The notes under the pieces were generated by a model. It saw nothing but the letters and a program-made list of their open reading frames with translations, was not told the origin of the DNA and searched no databases. Positions 36,662 through 38,731 of a stretch of 38,731 bases of DNA are shown in pieces. Numbering within the stretch: the stretch's first letter is position 1; every line of letters starts with the position of its first letter. The DNA is from Chiloscyllium plagiosum (taxonomy: Eukaryota), in contig NW_025215374.1 of NCBI RefSeq assembly GCF_004010195.1, positions 23,139-61,869 on the forward strand, written 5' to 3'. The translations under genes and the position numbers were made by a program.

Positions 36662-37310
36662 ATGGCAGATAAGAGGCAATTATACCACGGTTTGTCGACA
36701 GGTGCACGGAGATCCTGGTAGATGGGCTAGTACAGAGGAGGGCCATTCTCTTCCCAGAGAGGGCCACACCACTGGACCCACCGAGCATGGTCATGGTCTG
36801 AGTTCACCACCCAGCTCAGTGCAGTATCTGCGGTCTGAAGAAATGTCCAGCAATACAAGACAAGCATCAATAATTTTCCCCACTTTGCCAGGATAAGGGT
36901 CATCATAATCTCTCTGCTTTCTAACACGCACTGTATATCTGTTGCAGCACCTGCCACCAAACAAAGTACATGCTCCACCACTAACACCTTCCCACCACCC
37001 CACCTCATCTCCATTATAGCTCCCACACTAATAACATGGCATGGATACAACACTGTCGACTGGCTCCCATCGGAAACCTCACCATTCGCCCCTACCTACA
37101 CTAGCACTAACAGCAGGGCCACCCACTCCCACCCTCCCAACCTTTCTGCCTTTTTCCCATTCCAGGAGAAACAGCCTGGAAAAGGACAGAATGAGCCAAG
37201 TCGGATGGTTTGAGTGCCTGACAGCCGTTCCCTCACCTCCCTGGTACGAGCCGGTGAGGACCGGGACGCCTCGTATGGAGATTCTGAAACGTCCACGTCC
37301 CACCAACCGA
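36662..37310 (+). pseudogene. Decayed Myb/SANT-like DNA-binding gene of PIF/Harbinger type (two exons)
   Basis: Frameshifted pieces PRFVDRCTEILVDGLVQRRAILFP and AWSWSEFTTQLSAVSAV*RNVQQYKTSINNF resemble the NAIF1/Harbinger Myb-like domain. The second exon (37166-37310) lies between a pyrimidine tract-CAG and GTAAGG and reads EK...VPDSRSLTS.LVRAGEDRD. Confidence 0.6.
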
Positions 37311-37574
37311 GTAAGGCGTAATGTTCGGTGCAGGACAATTCTCACTTTAAACCCACTGTCAGTTCCATTTCTCCGACACAACTTAGAAGCCGTGGCCCTG
37401 ATGCCATCTCCCTTTTGTGTCGAGATGATACAAATGGGATACCCCACAGCCTCGGTGAACAGGACAGTGGGCTCACAACACATCATCACCACCACCTCCC
37501 AGGAAGGGAGCATTGAGGCTTCCTCCTACACCACCTCCCATAATCAGCTCAGATATTGAAACTAATCTGCGATA

Positions 37575-37725
37575 TTATCTGCCCTCACAAGTTGTATTGA
37601 AATCCTCAATAATTTCTCCTCATACACACCGAAAGCCCTCTGCTCCTGCACCCCCTTTATAACGGTACAGACCATTTCATATTGTCTTCCAATGTCCTTC
37701 CTTCCAAAGTGCATCACCTCACACT
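37575..37725 (-). mobile_element. CR1-clade LINE internal fragment
   Basis: ccctctgctcctgcaccccc...cttccaaagtgcatcacctcacact is the antisense of the KCEVMHFGR...GVQEQR region. Confidence 0.7.
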
Positions 37726-37777
37726 GCCCTTCACTGATCGTCAGTGCATCACCTCACACTGCCCTTCACTGATCGTC
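37708..37777. repeat. Perfect 35-bp tandem duplication
   Basis: agtgcatcacctcacactgcccttcactgatcgtc x2. Confidence 0.95.
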
Positions 37778-37929
37778 ATATGATGCATACCTGAACACTA
37801 CACCAACATGTCGGTGCCCTGTTGTTATTGCACTGCGACCTCGACACACTTTTCAATTCTTCCAGGTTTGTTGACATCAACAGGCATCGAAGTTGTCGTA
37901 GAGTCACGCTCCACTCAATATAACTGAAA

Positions 37930-38139
37930 GAGAATGTGTTGCTGGAAAAGCACAGCAAGTCAGGTAGCATCCGAGGAACAGGAGAATCGAGATTACAGGC
38001 ATAAGTACTTCATCAGGCTTATGCCTGAAATGCCGATTCACCTGCTCTTCAGATGCTGCCTGACCTGTTGTGCTTTTCCCGCACCACACTCGCGAAATTG
38101 ATCTCCAGCATCTGCGGTCCTTACTTTCGCCTGCAAAAA
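37930..38139. mobile_element. Palindromic Penelope-like terminal-repeat insertion
   Basis: Same family and inverted structure as 3864-4076; AACTGAAA direct repeat at 37922-37929 and 38140-38147. Confidence 0.78.
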
Positions 38140-38363
38140 AACTGAAATACTGACAGATTCTCTGGTGTGATCAAGGAGACACTGATACCAAATGAGAATC
38201 AGAAATATCAACACACATTCCACAGACCCAGAGAAACAAAAATGACATGCTGCAAACAGAGAAATAGAAATAATATGCACACCATGCAGAGAAGGTGAAA
38301 TAGTGACAATTCGCCACAGAGAAAGAGAAATATCGATTGACTCACCATGTTTGTCTCTTGCCA

Positions 38364-38476
38364 GTGTGTTGTGTGTGTGTGTGCGTGTGTGTGTTTGTGT
38401 GTGTGTCCATTGATTTGTACGTCTGCATCTGTGTGTATGTATTACTGTGTGTATTAGTGTGTGTGTATCTCTGTGT
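38364..38476. repeat. Imperfect (TG)n microsatellite
   Basis: Direct observation. Confidence 0.9.
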
Positions 38477-38664
38477 GGAACTGGTCTGGTGGTTTTCTGT
38501 TGCCGAAAGTGATGGAATTCCACACTCTGCTTGCCTCTCCACTCCATTGTTCAGACAGTGGCGGATGGTGAAAACCGTCTGGAATTCGGTCAGAGAGGGA
38601 TGGAGGGAGGGCAGCAGGTCACAGCATCATGCAAACCCACAGCAGTATCAACAAGAAGACAGAG

Positions 38665-38704
38665 ACACACACACAAACGCACACACGCACACACATACAC
38701 ACAC
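38665..38704. repeat. Imperfect (AC)n microsatellite
   Basis: Direct observation. Confidence 0.9.
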
Positions 38705-38731
38705 TAGACTAGTGTGGAGAGGATTGCAATT

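Noticed and set aside
37041..37559. 172-aa and 144-aa ORFs as a novel or viral gene
   Set aside because: No recognisable domain; better explained as off-frame reading of the decayed Harbinger-type exon and flanking introns.
38038..38547. 169-aa His/Thr-rich ORF
   Set aside because: Translation of an (AC)n microsatellite plus a Penelope-type repeat arm.

Overview
Eukaryotic, repeat-dominated DNA, most likely from a cartilaginous fish (shark). This is inferred from HE1-type tRNA-derived V-SINEs, many CR1-clade (HER1-like) LINE 3' ends and Penelope-type terminal repeats. I see no intact protein-coding gene. Bases 1-10,690 hold LINE/SINE/Penelope debris, an 11-finger C2H2 zinc-finger pseudogene (2580-3528), an ~860-bp tandem duplication and a duplicated, partly inverted segment. 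Bases ~10,797-31,963 are a ~21-kb degenerate tandem array of a 42/45/48-bp unit (consensus GAGCCTGTTACTCAGGAGCAGCAGGAGGAGAGCACACAGCTATTG, reading [15 protein letters not shown]). The array has higher-order blocks that share stops and a frameshift, six retroelement insertions, and a terminal variant that encodes the same QLLE motif with synonymous codons, followed by a splice-donor-like site. I read it as a giant repetitive exon that died and kept expanding, but this is inference. The right end has nested CR1 LINEs, a decayed Harbinger-type Myb/SANT gene and microsatellites. Hammerhead-ribozyme-like cores (mostly decayed) recur in the Penelope-type repeats. Three assembly gaps limit interpretation, and repeat boundaries are approximate, read by eye.
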